Shown here: in pieces, positions 25,608 through 37,721 of the stretch
Layout of the letters: every line of letters starts with the position of its first letter
How positions within the stretch are numbered: the first letter of the stretch is position 1
Origin: Octopus vulgaris
Taxonomy: Eukaryota
Assembly (NCBI GenBank): GCA_951406725.2
Contig: OX597821.1
Span: forward strand, 115,506,001-115,570,000
Direction: 5' to 3'
DNA length: 64,000 nucleotides
The notes under the pieces: generated by a model
Seen by the model: only the letters and a program-made list of their open reading frames with translations
Databases searched by the model: none
What the model was told of the DNA's origin: nothing
Made by a program: the position numbers and the translations under genes

Positions 25608-25977
25608 TAGCACAACTGATGAACTATTACACTCCACAATGAAGAGCCCTTCACAGTTCAGCTATCCACTTTCTCATTTCATCGAAATACTTATTTCTTT
25701 ACTACCCACAAGGGGCTAAACACAGAAGGGACAAACAAGGACAGGCAAACGTTGATTATATCGACCCCAGTGCGTAACTGGGGCTTAATTTATCGACCCC
25801 CGAAAGGATGAAAGGCAAAGTCGACCTGTACATCGAAATACCACAAGTGACCTATCATTACCATTGTCATCATGTTTTGCTACTACTACCCTTACCACAA
25901 CTAAGCAATAGCACCAAAAACAATCGGCACTGGCAGTCACTCTTCAATACTAGAGCAGTTGATGACCTATTAAACAA
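25140..25977. repeat. Inverted duplication (about 148-bp arms) enclosing two oppositely oriented SINEs
   Basis: 25140-25288 is the reverse complement of 25831-25977. The same peptide appears in ORFs 25135(-) and 25808(+). Confidence 0.9.
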
Positions 25978-25979
25978 CA

Positions 25980-28240
25980 GTCTCCAGCTCTTTCCCACAG
26001 TCAGGCCACTCAAATTCTCAATAACACTCTAATTAACGAAGAACCACTCCTTTTTTTACCCCACCCACTGTCCACTTCAATCTGAATGTATACTTGACAG
26101 CTCCTTGATAAATCTGCTAACTGTAAACAAAGTAAAATTATGAACACACGAAACCCTAAAATATGTCGCTATTCTCAATGTGAAAGGCTATGCATATGCA
26201 GTGACTGTAGCTTTACCCATTTACCTGGGACAAGATGCATAATTCATACAAGCAAAACTAGCCAACACTAAACCACACACCTTACAACAACATTACCACT
26301 ACTAAATGCTAAATCACAATAACTTCTACACATATAACCTGGGATCCTACAACCTGTTGCTATTCCCAACACGAATGATCGTGTGTGATGTGTGACTGTC
26401 TCTTCACTCATCTGCCAGGAACTCGGTGCAAGAGTAAAAGCATGACTTCAAACCACCACCAAATCCACAGTAGAAACATTCTTTACAGTGGCAGAGTTGG
26501 TCCAGACTTTCATGAAACCCAGAAGTCACCCAGATATCTTTTGTAAAATCAACAGCCACAAACCATATAACTATAACCATATTTAACAGTGCAACCATAC
26601 CAACTCCAGGCAACAGCCCCTCCCAAAACAGGAAAATTCCTTTTTTTAGCCATGATGAATCTGATAAAAGAAATAAAATGTGCAAAAACAACCTCGTAAA
26701 AACCATTAAAGATACTATTTCGAAAGTTGCAAGATCATCATCATCATCATCATCAGCGTTTAACGTCCGTTTTCCATGCTAGCATGGGTTGGACGGTTCA
26801 ACTGGGGTCTGGGAAGCCAGTAGGCTGCGCCAGGCCCAGTCTGATCTGGCAGAGTTTCTACAGCTGGATGCCCTTCCTAACGCCAACCACTCCAAGAGTG
26901 TAGTGGGTGCTTTTTACGTGCCACCTGCACAGGGGCCAGATGAGGCTGGCAAATGGCCACGATTGGATGGTTGAATTCCCAGAACTATTGAAAGACACAA
27001 TAGTAACACTTATACAAAAGGCTAAGGTAACGGGGCTGAAACTAAAAATGACAGACCTGTTTTTCTCACATCTCACACATCTAAAATTATCAAACACATT
27101 GTCTGAAATAGAATTAGTACATACTTTGTGGAAAACAACGTCGTAAATGATATACAGCATTGTTTTTGGACTGGATGAAGTTGTCTTTCACAAGTATTAT
27201 GACACCATAACACTATTTTTAATAATCTCTTGAGAGGAAAGGACATTGACTATATATACCTTGATTTTTTTAAAGCGTTCGACAAGAAAGTTCATGGAAT
27301 CATCTGTCAAAGTTAAGGGATCTTGGTATCTCAAGAAAACTCAGAGAATGGCTCTTTGACTTCCTACACAGTAGGAGCAAATCTGTTGCTGGAAATAGTT
27401 TTCTCCCTACAAATCCACCTGTAATAAGTGGTATGCCTCAAGGAATGGTTCTAGGACTATAGTTATTTTATCATCAACCTATCGCAAGTGCACTCATCCA
27501 AAATAACAAGTTATGACGATGAAGCAAAAATATCCATGGCTATCCAAACTCCAGAAGATATTATCACACTCCAAAATGAACTAAACCTCATTTATCAACA
27601 GGTGGATTAAAACCAGATGAAATTTAATACATAAAAATTTGAGGCCCTTCTTTACAGTGGGAATACATACAAATCACAAAATTTGATGCCAGAATGATTC
27701 AGAGTGTTAATGACATGGGATTTAGGAGTAATCATTTCAAATTATGCATCTTTTTAATTAGCCGCATCACCAAACTGACCACTAAATGCAGATATCTCAT
27801 AGGATGGATCTAGCAAACCTTTGCGACAAGAGAACTAGTAGTTAGGCTAACTCTATGGAAAACTTGAGTTCTGAGCAGGTTAGATTATTACTCATAGCTT
27901 TGGTCTCCCAATTCATCCAAGTTCATTGAAGAAATTGAAGGGTTACAAAGAATGTTTACTAGTAAAATACCTTAACTACTAGGAATAATTGAAAGTGTTA
28001 TGTCTCTACTCTTTTGAATGCAGAAGAGAAAGATATACTATCATATACATATGGAAAATCCTGTTTCAAACTTCAGCATTAGAGAGAATTTTGAGGCACG
28101 AACTATTAGAGACTGTCAGATTTCAAATATACCACCTTTGAAATCATGAGTAAAATCACTTTATTGGACCAGTCTGATATTAAGAGGTCCTCAACTGTTC
28201 AACTACCTGCCTAAAGTAATCAGAAATATTAAAAGGATTT
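25980..28240 (+). mobile_element. Decayed CR1/L2-group LINE (5' region plus RT and 3' domain), interrupted by a SINE at 26734-26970
   Basis: IYLDFFKAFDK, ISGMPQGMVLG, SYDDEAK, RLDYYS*LWSP and CLYSFECRRERY motifs with stops and frameshifts. Confidence 0.8.
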
Positions 28241-28578
28241 TAATTACATTTCGAGCCTACGCTCTTCTACAGAAAGGGGCACAAAAACAAGGAGAGAAAA
28301 AAATCTGTGTAGTGGCTAATGATACACTCACATTTAAAAAAAACATTGTCTAATGACAATGTAATAGGTATGTACTATAAGTACTCAGGTTAGTTTACTA
28401 CTAAAATCCCAGCTTGAACAGCAGCTGAAACAAAGGTGTTGTTGGAGTTACCTATCAAAAATGGCTATTAGTGGTTCATTGTTGAGCTGGTAGATATATA
28501 TTAGAAAGTGAGGTGGACAAGTAAAATATGTGGTATCACTCTAGAGCCTGTAATTTATAATTCCAGACAGTGGCAGCT

Positions 28579-28830
28579 CATCATCATCATCGTTTAACGT
28601 CCGCTTTCCATGCTAGCATGGGTTGGACGATTTTGACTAAGGGCTGGCGAACCAGATGGCTGCACCAGGCTTCAATCTTGATTTGGCAGAGTTTTTACAG
28701 CTGGATGCCCTTCCTAACACCAACCACTCCGAGAGTGTAGTGGGTGCTTTTTACGTGCCACCAGCAGGTGGTACTGGAAACAACCTCGCTTGAATCTTTT
28801 TACACATGCCACCAGCACAGGTGCCAGTAA
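28579..28830 (-). mobile_element. (ATG)n-tailed SINE
   Basis: Family 3' end on the minus strand. Confidence 0.85.
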
Positions 28831-31800
28831 GCTCGTAGATAAAATTAGTGGGGGTGCTGCTTCAGAAAATTTTTATTAGCTGTTGTTTTAATATTGTGTA
28901 AAAGGAAACAAACATATAAAAAGAATATTTATACATAAACTTGATTGGTTCGTGTTTTAGCCACTGTTGGATAGAGTGTTTCATTTGTTCACTGAACACT
29001 GCCACGAATTCCCCCTTGTTTTTCAGTTAGGAACTAGCAGAAAACCGTCTGTTAGTGCTTTTAATGCACACTGATGAATGTCGAGATAGTTACATTAGTT
29101 ATAAATTTAGATGGAGGTGGTGGTGGTGGTGGAGACAGTGATGACCGGATAGTGAGAAGTGTATTTTTTGTAATTGAACCAAGTTTTTAATATCACCTAT
29201 CACTTAACGCATGTGCACAGAAGTGTAATTCCATGAAATATTCATGTTTATTTACTTGGCAGATATATGCAATTTCAAATTCCATTAAAGGTTGCATCAT
29301 ATGGGATATTTTTTTCCTGTATTGGGGGAAAATGGAAAAATAAGAGTGAATATTAATTTTATGAGTGCTGTGTATTAAATTGTGCATAAAGTATATAAAG
29401 TGTATATATAAAGTGCATTAAGTAATCATCAGATTCCAATTTGTTTCACTTTCCAATGATTAGCAGACAAGCAACTATCTTTCCATATAGACACAACACA
29501 GGCTACGCTTTCAGGTTTTTTGGATAAAGCTTGCAGAAATAACAAATCGGTTTGCCATTAATTCCATGAAATATTCATGAGACCCACTAGTTCAGGATTA
29601 TTTTAAGCAAAGATTAGTAAATTATCTGTTGTCAGACAATAACTCTTCCAATGCGCAAAATGCTTTAGTTTTATTTCTGCTACAATGGATAGGAAATGAA
29701 CAGAATAATATAACCAGGAGATATACTGAGATAACAAGCTACCTTTGGGTCTAACGTTTCTTATGTATTTGAATACAAAGTTCTGCTAAGACTTCCAAAT
29801 AATCAGTCTAAAACTGATCATCAAAAGACACATTAATTAAATATGATGTTGTCTTTCCTCCCTCAGACCTTCATTATTTGGGTCAATTTCATTATTAAAA
29901 ATGAAAAGAAACTATAGAGATATTCGTATTCTAATGATATTGACTAAGAAGTAATCTGAAATACTTAGATTGGTATTCAGCATTCTGTAAATTCACTGAA
30001 GAAGTAGTAGCATGTGCCTGGTCTCACGATTACTTACTATCACAAATTCTGATGACACAATTGACTTTCGATTCACTTTTGACAAAAAGAAAAAAAATCT
30101 AATTCATACAATATCATTATAATAAATGTTTCTTGTGAAAGCAACCATGTTCGAGTAAGATTAGGTATTTCAGGGCATGTTATTGTAATAACTTCCTAAA
30201 GAAGAAATATTTACACTTCCTTGCTGCTGAAAGAAAAGTAAGATAAAACGGCATGATTACAGTAAAAAGCGTAACAATGATAGATATATCTTACATATAA
30301 TAAAACACAATGTGTCCTGTCGGTCACACTAGCAGAGGGAAACTAAAACAACAGAGTGGGAATGAGTCACAGTCAGAGATGCTAAATGCAGGTGAAGTGT
30401 AGTGAGAAACAGTTGTGTCTTGGGAGGGTCATAACGCCAATAACAACACATGCACTAGTTCAATACTATTTCTTTATTGCTAGTCAATTGGTTATTGAGC
30501 CAACTAACTAATTGATCATTTGTTTTATGTGCCAATTAAACAATCAATCATTTGTTAGTTAGTCAAAGATCTTTTGTCACTATTTGCAATTTCATCACTG
30601 ACTGCCCCCCTCCCTTCAAAGTCTGCTATGAGTCTGACCGAAAATTAGCCTTATGCTTGTGTGAATGTGTTTTTATGTGTGCATATAAAAAGTGTGTTTG
30701 CTACAAGGGAAGGTAAGGGTGAGAGTTGATGAAGTTTGTGTGTTTGTGTGTGTGTGTGAGTGCATGTGGTTGTGTGTATTTTTGTGAGTGTATCTGCATT
30801 AGCCACCTGTGACCTCTTTAAGGGTTCAGCCCTTTTTTTCAATGTCAGTTCGGTTTCAGATCTGCTAGGATTTGCTTCTCATCCTGTAAAGATTTATGGG
30901 TATAGTTCCTTATGCCGGGGGGGGGGGGGAAGTGTAAGGACAGGGTAGGTGTGTGTGTTTGTGTGTAAGCATATGTGTGAGTGTGTGTGAGTGCTTGCTT
31001 GAACGTGTGGTCGAGTCAGTTCCGTGTGTGAGAACATGCACGTGTTTGCTTATGTACGGGTTTACGGCACAAAAGGAATCACTTTAAACTTGCTAAAATA
31101 ATATTCGGGATGCAGATGTGTTACCTAAGATTAATTTTGAGGATCTGATCAAAAAAGTAGGAGGAAACTTTTCAAATATAAATAAAGTGAAAATGTGCAA
31201 AAACAAACATAATTTTCCATTGTTTTGTTCGTTTTGAAAAATAAATATTTATTTCATAGTTTGTTATTGTTTATATTTTGAATTACATAATCTTTTATGG
31301 GAGCACCAAAATCTTAGTGCTTAGGGGCTCGATAGGTCTTACTTCCCTCACCCTTCTCTCCCTCTTCCTGTTCCGGTCAAGCCCCTTGACCATTGACGTC
31401 ACAGCCCTTTCCTTCTGACTCATCTCATCTCACAAAAGGTAAAGATGCTATAACAATTAAAAAGGAAACACCACGCTGCACCAATCTAGACCAACATTTG
31501 ACACTAGATTTTTTTATTGTACTACAATAGTACATATATTATAGAAGTTTCTAAGGTTAACATGCATTTTACAGTCGTAAAAATGTGAAAGTAATTTATC
31601 CTAAAAAATGAAAGTAAACTGTGATACAAATCGGAAGTGATGAGACTATAGAAGAGTGATTGATATTTGCCAAGAAGAAACTGAGATGACAGTGTGGTAC
31701 TAGTGATGATTTATTTACATCATAACTTCATGAGCACATGTGGCGAAACAAATTTAGAGATCGTGAAAAATTATTCACAAATCTCAATTCGTGCATCAAT

Positions 31801-31844
31801 GACTTGTTTTCCCGTAGATGAGATTGTTTTCATCTTATTTAAAA

Positions 31845-32425
31845 CTAGCAGTATCGCTCGGTGTTGCTCGGGTTTGTAAGGGAAATAACTCTCTCTCTCT
31901 TTGGGAGAGGCACAAGCACCTACACGCACATATACACACACGGCAGTTACTTCCACCTATCGAATTCAATCACAAAGCTCCGGTCAGCTCGGGGCTATAG
32001 TGGAAGACACCTACCCAAAGTGCCACGCAGTGGGACTGAACCCGAAACCATGTAGCTAGGAAGAAAGCTCCCTAACCACACAGCCATAAGCATTTTTAGA
32101 TATGTAAAGTATAATAGCCATCTCAATATGGCTAACCACAAAGGGGGGGGGGTGTTACTGTAGCTTTTTACGTTCTGAGATTTAATAATAAATTTTTAGA
32201 GAGTTACTTCCCTTATATGTGCCAAAAATGCATTAAAAATGAGAAAAATTGGTGGCAAATATTTTTTTAAATCGTAGACGCGCGCTAATACCCAGAAGGG
32301 CTCGATATGAATCACGACTATAAGATACCCGGTTTTGGTTAAACTGCACTGCAAAATGTGGGAGTAGTTAGGAATCTAAATCGTAGGAGACAGACAACAC
32401 ACAACCTCTCTTTTATATATAAAGA
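31845..32425 (-). mobile_element. Non-autonomous Helitron (family H1) with an inserted CORE-SINE fragment (about 31915-32087)
   Basis: The ctagcagtatcgctcggtgttgctcggg end and the body are shared with 34026-34588. Confidence 0.8.
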
Positions 32426-32456
32426 TATATGTACTATTTTAATGTTTTATTAAATA

Positions 32457-32973
32457 CTAGCAGTATCGCCCGGCGTTGCTCGAGTTTGTAAGGGAAATAA
32501 CTATATAAGCATTTTTAGAGAGTTACTTCCCTTATAGATGCCAATTCGGGCTTTCTTAGCCATTTCTGTTTTGGTGTCTTCAAGCCATGAAGTCGTTGTT
32601 CTAAAAGAACGCTGGTCTCCTTGACAACGCATTATGACGTTGATTTCCTTAAACTCCCTTCCCCACAGCTTCACGAGGGAGGGAAGAAGGGGGAGAAGCA
32701 AACACAGGTGCAGGTGTTTGAGCGTGGACGCCAACTCCGCCGCCATCGACACACGAAAAATTATGCATTAAAATGGGATAAAAAATGATGTTAAATTATT
32801 TTTTAAATCGTAGACTCATCGTAGACGCGCGCTAATAGCCAGACGGGCTCGATATTAATCACGACTATAAGATACCCGAATTTGGTTAAACTGCACCGCA
32901 AAATGTGGGAGGAGTTAGGAATCTAAATCGTAGGAGACAGACACTCACACAACTACAGTTTTATATATATAGA
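32457..32973 (-). mobile_element. Non-autonomous Helitron (family H1)
   Basis: Near-identical reverse complement of 34026-34588; inserted at an A|T site. Confidence 0.9.
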
Positions 32974-32977
32974 TATG

Positions 32978-33377
32978 GGATCTTTTCGGTTTGAATGGCA
33001 GTTTTAAAAAATAATTTCCACGTAGCTAAACACTTTTAAACTTCGTATACTGGTAGAATGTGTTTATAAAACATCTTTTTCTCTTGGCTTTATTGAGAAA
33101 ATTCTATAGTTTGTAAGATATTTGTTCAATTTCTGCAGTTTCAACCAATCAATGACGTCTATTGAGGTGAAAACATTCTGTGCCATATGAATATGTTCCT
33201 CGTTTAAGAAACAGATTGGATTTATTTACATTTCTGAAGAAAAACAGATACCCTTCCCCCTAACCCTAACCCTAAAACAGATTGAAATGCAATAGATCGA
33301 TACTAGGGTCATAATTATGGGTGAGAATTTCATATGACACCGCTAGAAAAAAACTGCCGTTCAAACCGAAAAGATCC
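32978..33377. mobile_element. MITE with GG termini and 8-bp TSD (Merlin-like)
   Basis: TIRs ggatcttttcggtttgaatggcagtttt / aaaactgccgttcaaaccgaaaagatcc. The TSD AATATATG is restored when the Helitron at 32457-32973 is removed. Confidence 0.85.
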
Positions 33378-34025
33378 AATATATGTGCGTTCTATAGATT
33401 GATTATGTCACAAACATTGTTTACATGAGATAATAGGACCCCACTCTCGTCACTTCAGTTTCTACTGCAATTTACTTTCATTTTTAGGATAATATACTTT
33501 CACTTTTTTATGACGGTAAATTGCATGCTAACGGTTTCAAAATGTTTCATTGATGATAACTTATCCACAGTTTATTTTAATCGTGCGTACACGCACACAT
33601 ATACATTATTTTCAAGAATTTATTTACCTGAGCTATAAAAAAAAAATTATAAAACTATTCTTAAAACACCCAGAAACACATACAAGTTGGTTACAAACCC
33701 AGATCTAGAAGAAAAATATTCAGCTTTGCTTCATATATTTTAGTGTACTGCCAATTAAATTGTTTTTCCATACCTGTGTCATTCACTTGTCTTCACATGA
33801 CTGGACCAAGGTAATTTTTTTAAGCTCTAACCAGCACGTATTATTATATCTATATATATATATATATTCATATACCCCGAGCTTAACTTTTGTCTCACAC
33901 ACTACTAACACATTTAATTCACCAATGTTACTATTGGTTTCACAGAGATAAATTAGTTTCTGTGAAGAAGAGAAGTCGAACGATTTTGGGGCAGGAAACA
34001 TTATCAGAAAAATATCTCCTGATAA

Positions 34026-34588
34026 TCTATATATATAAAACTGTAGTTGTGTGAGTGTCTGTCCCCTTCGATTTAGATTCCTAACTACTCCCACATTTTG
34101 CGGTGCAGTTTAACCAAAACCGGGTATCTTATAGTCGTGATTCATATCGAGCCCGTCTGGGTATTAGCGCGCGTCTACGATGAGTCTACGATTTAAAAAA
34201 TAATTTAACATCATTTTATTCCATTTTAATGCGTATTTTTTCGTGTGTCGATGGCGGCGGAGTTGGCGTCCACGCTCACGCCTGCACCTGTGTTGCTTCT
34301 CCCCCTTCTTCCCTCCCTCGTGAAGCTGTGGGGAAGGGAGTGTAAAGAAATCAACGTCGTAAAGCGTTGTCAAGGAGACCAGCGTTCTTTTAGAACAACG
34401 ACTTCATGGCTTGAAGACACCAAAACAGAAAATGTCTACGATGAGTCAACGATTTAAAAAAAAAATTTACCATAATTTTTTTTCCATTTTTAATGCATTT
34501 TTTTGCTATTTTTTGGCTATAACTCTCTAAAAATGCTTATATAGTTATTTCCCTTACAAACCCGAGCAACGCCGGGCGATACTGCTAG
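34026..34588 (+). mobile_element. Non-autonomous Helitron (family H1)
   Basis: a|TCTATATAT start, 3' cccgagcaacgccggg hairpin and CTAG|t end. Confidence 0.9.
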
Positions 34589-34867
34589 TGTTGAATAAAT
34601 GGATTCAATCGATATTTTAGGAATAAGGAAAGAGAAAGGGTTACTAGACGAAACAGATGTTAACAAGAAGATAACGATCAAAATGATGAGATAATCATCA
34701 CGAAATTTGGAAGAGAGAAGGGTTAAATTATATATGAGCCGGGTATGCAGTGACCTTCAGTAATCTTCCCAGAAGAGAAAGAGAAAGAAACAGCATATTG
34801 GTTACTGTATTGTCTGTAGTGTGGCGTGGTTGTCATGTAAAAAGAATTACCGTTGGTGTGGAGGAAA

Positions 34868-35315
34868 TATCGGTTTCAAATTTTGGTACAAGGCCTGCAA
34901 CTTCAGGGAGGTGAGGATGATTACATCATCCACAGTTTTCAACTAGTACTTATTCTATCGAATCGGAAAGGATGAAAGGCAAAATCTACCCCGGTGGAAT
35001 TTGAATTCAGTTCGTAAACACGGGCGAAATACAGCTTAGCATTTTGCCCCGCGTGTTAACGATTCCACCAGCTCGCCGTCTTAGTGTGAAGAAAAATATT
35101 GGTTTCAAAATTTGGTACAAGGCTAGTAATTTTGGGGTAGGAGCCAAGGTGATTAAACCGAGCCCAATGCTCAACTGGTACTTATTTTATCGACCCCGAA
35201 AGGATCAAAGGCAAAGTCAACTTCGGCATAATTTGAACTCAGGACGCAAAGATGGACGACGAGTCGCTAAATAGTTTGCCTGGAGTACTAAACAATCTTG
35301 CCAGCTCACCGTCTT
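34868..35315 (-). mobile_element. Two tandem tRNA-derived SINEs
   Basis: Two units of ggtttcaaa.tttggtacaagg...gaatttgaa.tcag...ccagctc.ccgtctta. Confidence 0.8.
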
Positions 35316-35330
35316 AAACAGTATAAACAC

Positions 35331-35402
35331 CTCCCTGGCGAGGACTCGAACTCCGGTCTCCTGCGTGACAAACGGGAATACTTACCACCATACTACCGAG
35401 GA
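35331..35402 (-). pseudogene. tRNA-Asp(GTC)-like sequence, probably a pseudogene
   Basis: TCCTCGGTAGTATGGTGGTAAGTATTCCCGTTTGTCACGCAGGAGACCGGAGTTCGAGTCCTCGCCAGGGAG is 72 nt and collinear with eukaryotic tRNA-Asp. It has C-A or A-C mismatches in the acceptor, anticodon and T stems, and no immediate T4 terminator. Confidence 0.8.
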
Positions 35403-35437
35403 TCGGCTAGTGGGGAGAAAAAAATGTTATAGGCGAA

Positions 35438-35498
35438 GACTACTTTCACCCGTTCTTCCTCGCACTAACAGTGCGAGGAAGAACGGGTGAAAGTGGTC
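35438..35498. repeat. Near-perfect 29-bp hairpin
   Basis: gactactttcacccgttcttcctcgcact-aac-agtgcgaggaagaacgggtgaaagtggtc, with one T-G pair. Confidence 0.95.
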
Positions 35499-35887
35499 AA
35501 GATCTGGTGGAATCATTTACACATACGCTTAGACTACCGATTCGGCAAAACCTCCTTATATTTAACCCGGTTCTTAACACCATCAATATGGGGGAAAATA
35601 AAGTCCATGGCAGTAGTTTGAGATGTTTAATGGTCTTTCTTCTGCTTTTTATACGTTCTGAGTTCGTTCAGGGGTGGTAGACTGAATCTGTCACTGGGAT
35701 TTCAATCCAGTACGCCTGCATTTAGGCCAGGTCTCTGTTTGGGGATAATCTTCCCTACTCACTCTCACCAGGATCCTGGGTGCTGCCCTTCCATCTCTGA
35801 TCAAACTACGCCTCGAAACCGGTTTTATATTATGATCAGTAAAACCGAAACCGATTTGCCAAAACCGATTTTAAGGCTTGCTGTTTC

Positions 35888-36001
35888 GGATCTTTTCAAT
35901 AAAAGATATTTTATGTAACACATTCTACCAGTATACGAAGTTTAAAAGTGTTTAGTTATAAATAACTATTTTTTTAATGTGCCGGTCAAAGTGAAAAGAT
36001 G
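35888..36001. mobile_element. Internally deleted GGATCTTTTC MITE
   Basis: ggatcttttc ... gccggtcaaagtgaaaagatg; the body matches 5538-5670 and 56330-56540. Confidence 0.7.
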
Positions 36002-36379
36002 CGCTGTTTCTTTTTTTTTTTTTTTCGCAAAACATTTCTCCATTTTTTCTTTTCAAGAAATATCGTTGAAACTGGACTAACTGAACTGTTGTCGGTCGCT
36101 TTTAGTTGAGAGTGCTGTCTGTTTCACTGAAACATATCGCTACATATCAATTCTCACCTTCTTTCCCCTTGAACCTTAGATCAGCACCTTGTCATCTCCT
36201 TCGCTAACCCCTGGCTGACTCTTTGAATTTGCAGGTAACTGAGTTTATTCATAGCAAGTCATGGGGATGTTGTTAGTCTTCAGTCGGGTGATCTTTCCCG
36301 TTGAGCATATGTAATAACCAGTTCCAGATTCATTTCAAGGAAGTAACACTAAATTTTTTGATTAAAAAAAGTGAAGAGA

Positions 36380-37200
36380 TCGCTCTAACAGACGATAGTG
36401 ATCGCCATAACAGACGATAGTGATGATGAAGCTAACATAAGCCAACAAGACATAGGATCTTTAAGATCCGATTTTGTACGAGCGAACTTTGGTAACAGTA
36501 TATAAACTTATACTGGATTGCAGAACTCGGTGGAATAGCACATTCCATATGATTGAGAGATTTTTGAAATTGAAAAGCTGCATTCCAAATGCTCTACGAG
36601 CAGAACTTTCTACAGATGCCGTCGCTGAGGAAGAATGGAAATCTCTCAATTTACTATATGAAATTCTGCATTCAGTAGAAATTATTTTGAAGGTTATTTG
36701 CGCTGATGATACGGGTTTACTGAAAGCGGAATATTCTACAGAATTTTTATTGAATAAGCTTAATATTGTCGGCAACCCTTTGGCTCTAAATCTTCGTGAA
36801 AGACTTATGCATAGATATAATAAGAGAAGAAATGTCGAAACCTTGACTCTCTTGAGGTATTTAGATAACCCAAGGAAATTTAAAGGTGAGTCAATTTCTG
36901 GACTTTTTTCTATTTTTTAACGAAACAACATTTAAGGAAGTATGCTGAACAAACATATAGGAGATTAGTTCCTGAACATGATGCTGTGAACACAACAGAA
37001 TTATACAAAGAAAATGAAATAGGAGGGAACCTAAAAGCAAGTGTTACTGTTGTCCCATCTACTTATGAAGGTAATGGACTCATTCGTGAATACAGAAGCG
37101 CAATGAAGAAAATGAATGAAGAGCCCAAGGTGGTAACAGATGGATTTGAAATCTCTAAAGAATTCGGGTACTATTTAAGAAGAGTGATCCCGGTAGTCAA
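36380..37200 (+). pseudogene. hAT-superfamily transposase fragment
   Basis: LILDCRTRWNSTFHMIERFLKLK is the D..TRWNS motif typical of Ac/ZBED-type hAT transposases. Confidence 0.8.
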
Positions 37201-37355
37201 AATGTTCGGTGACTTGGAATTGCACTTTGGGACCGGTTATGAGTGTAGAAATAGAGATGAAGAAACAAGTGCCATATCTCCAGCGAGACCAACTGAAGGC
37301 GCTGGAGAAAAGGAAGCTTCTAACAAGACACCGCGCAATTTTTTTATTTCCTCTA

Positions 37356-37680
37356 AGGCGGCGAGCTGGCGGAAACGTTAGTACGCCGGGCGAAATGCTT
37401 TGTGGTATTTCGTCTGCCGCTGCGTTCTGAGTTCAAATTCCACTGAGATCGACTTTGCCTTTCATCCTTTCGGGGTCAATTAAATAAGTACCAGTTACGC
37501 ACTGGGGTCGATATAATCGACTTAATCCCTTTGTCTGTCCTTGTTTGTCCTCTCTGTGTTTAGCCCCTTGTGGGTAGTAAAGAAATAGGTATTTTGCCCG
37601 TCTTTATGTTCTGAGTTCAAATTCCGCCGACGTCGACTTTGCCTTTCATCGTTTAGGGGTCGATAAATTAAGTACCAGTT
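37356..37680 (+). mobile_element. tRNA-derived SINE with partial internal duplication
   Basis: Well-preserved head ggcggcgagctggcggaaacgttag and central domain, partly repeated at 37590-37680. Confidence 0.9.
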
Positions 37681-37721
37681 CCCAGAGTATATAGAACATA
37701 GGAGGAAATACTAATAAGGTA

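Noticed and set aside
25616-25692. CTGATGA...GAAA on the plus strand
   Set aside because: The stems do not form, and the GAAA belongs to a rearrangement junction.
30038-30226. Possible exon with a good acceptor and gtaagt donor on the minus strand
   Set aside because: The frame needed to join exon 24089 has a stop; it could be a UTR exon but is unsupported.
33258-33273. ccctaaccctaaccct telomere-like repeat
   Set aside because: Only about 2.5 units, and internal to a MITE.
35792-35826. CTGATCA..ctcGAAAccggtt degenerate hammerhead
   Set aside because: The core is mutated and stems I and II are absent; too weak to call.
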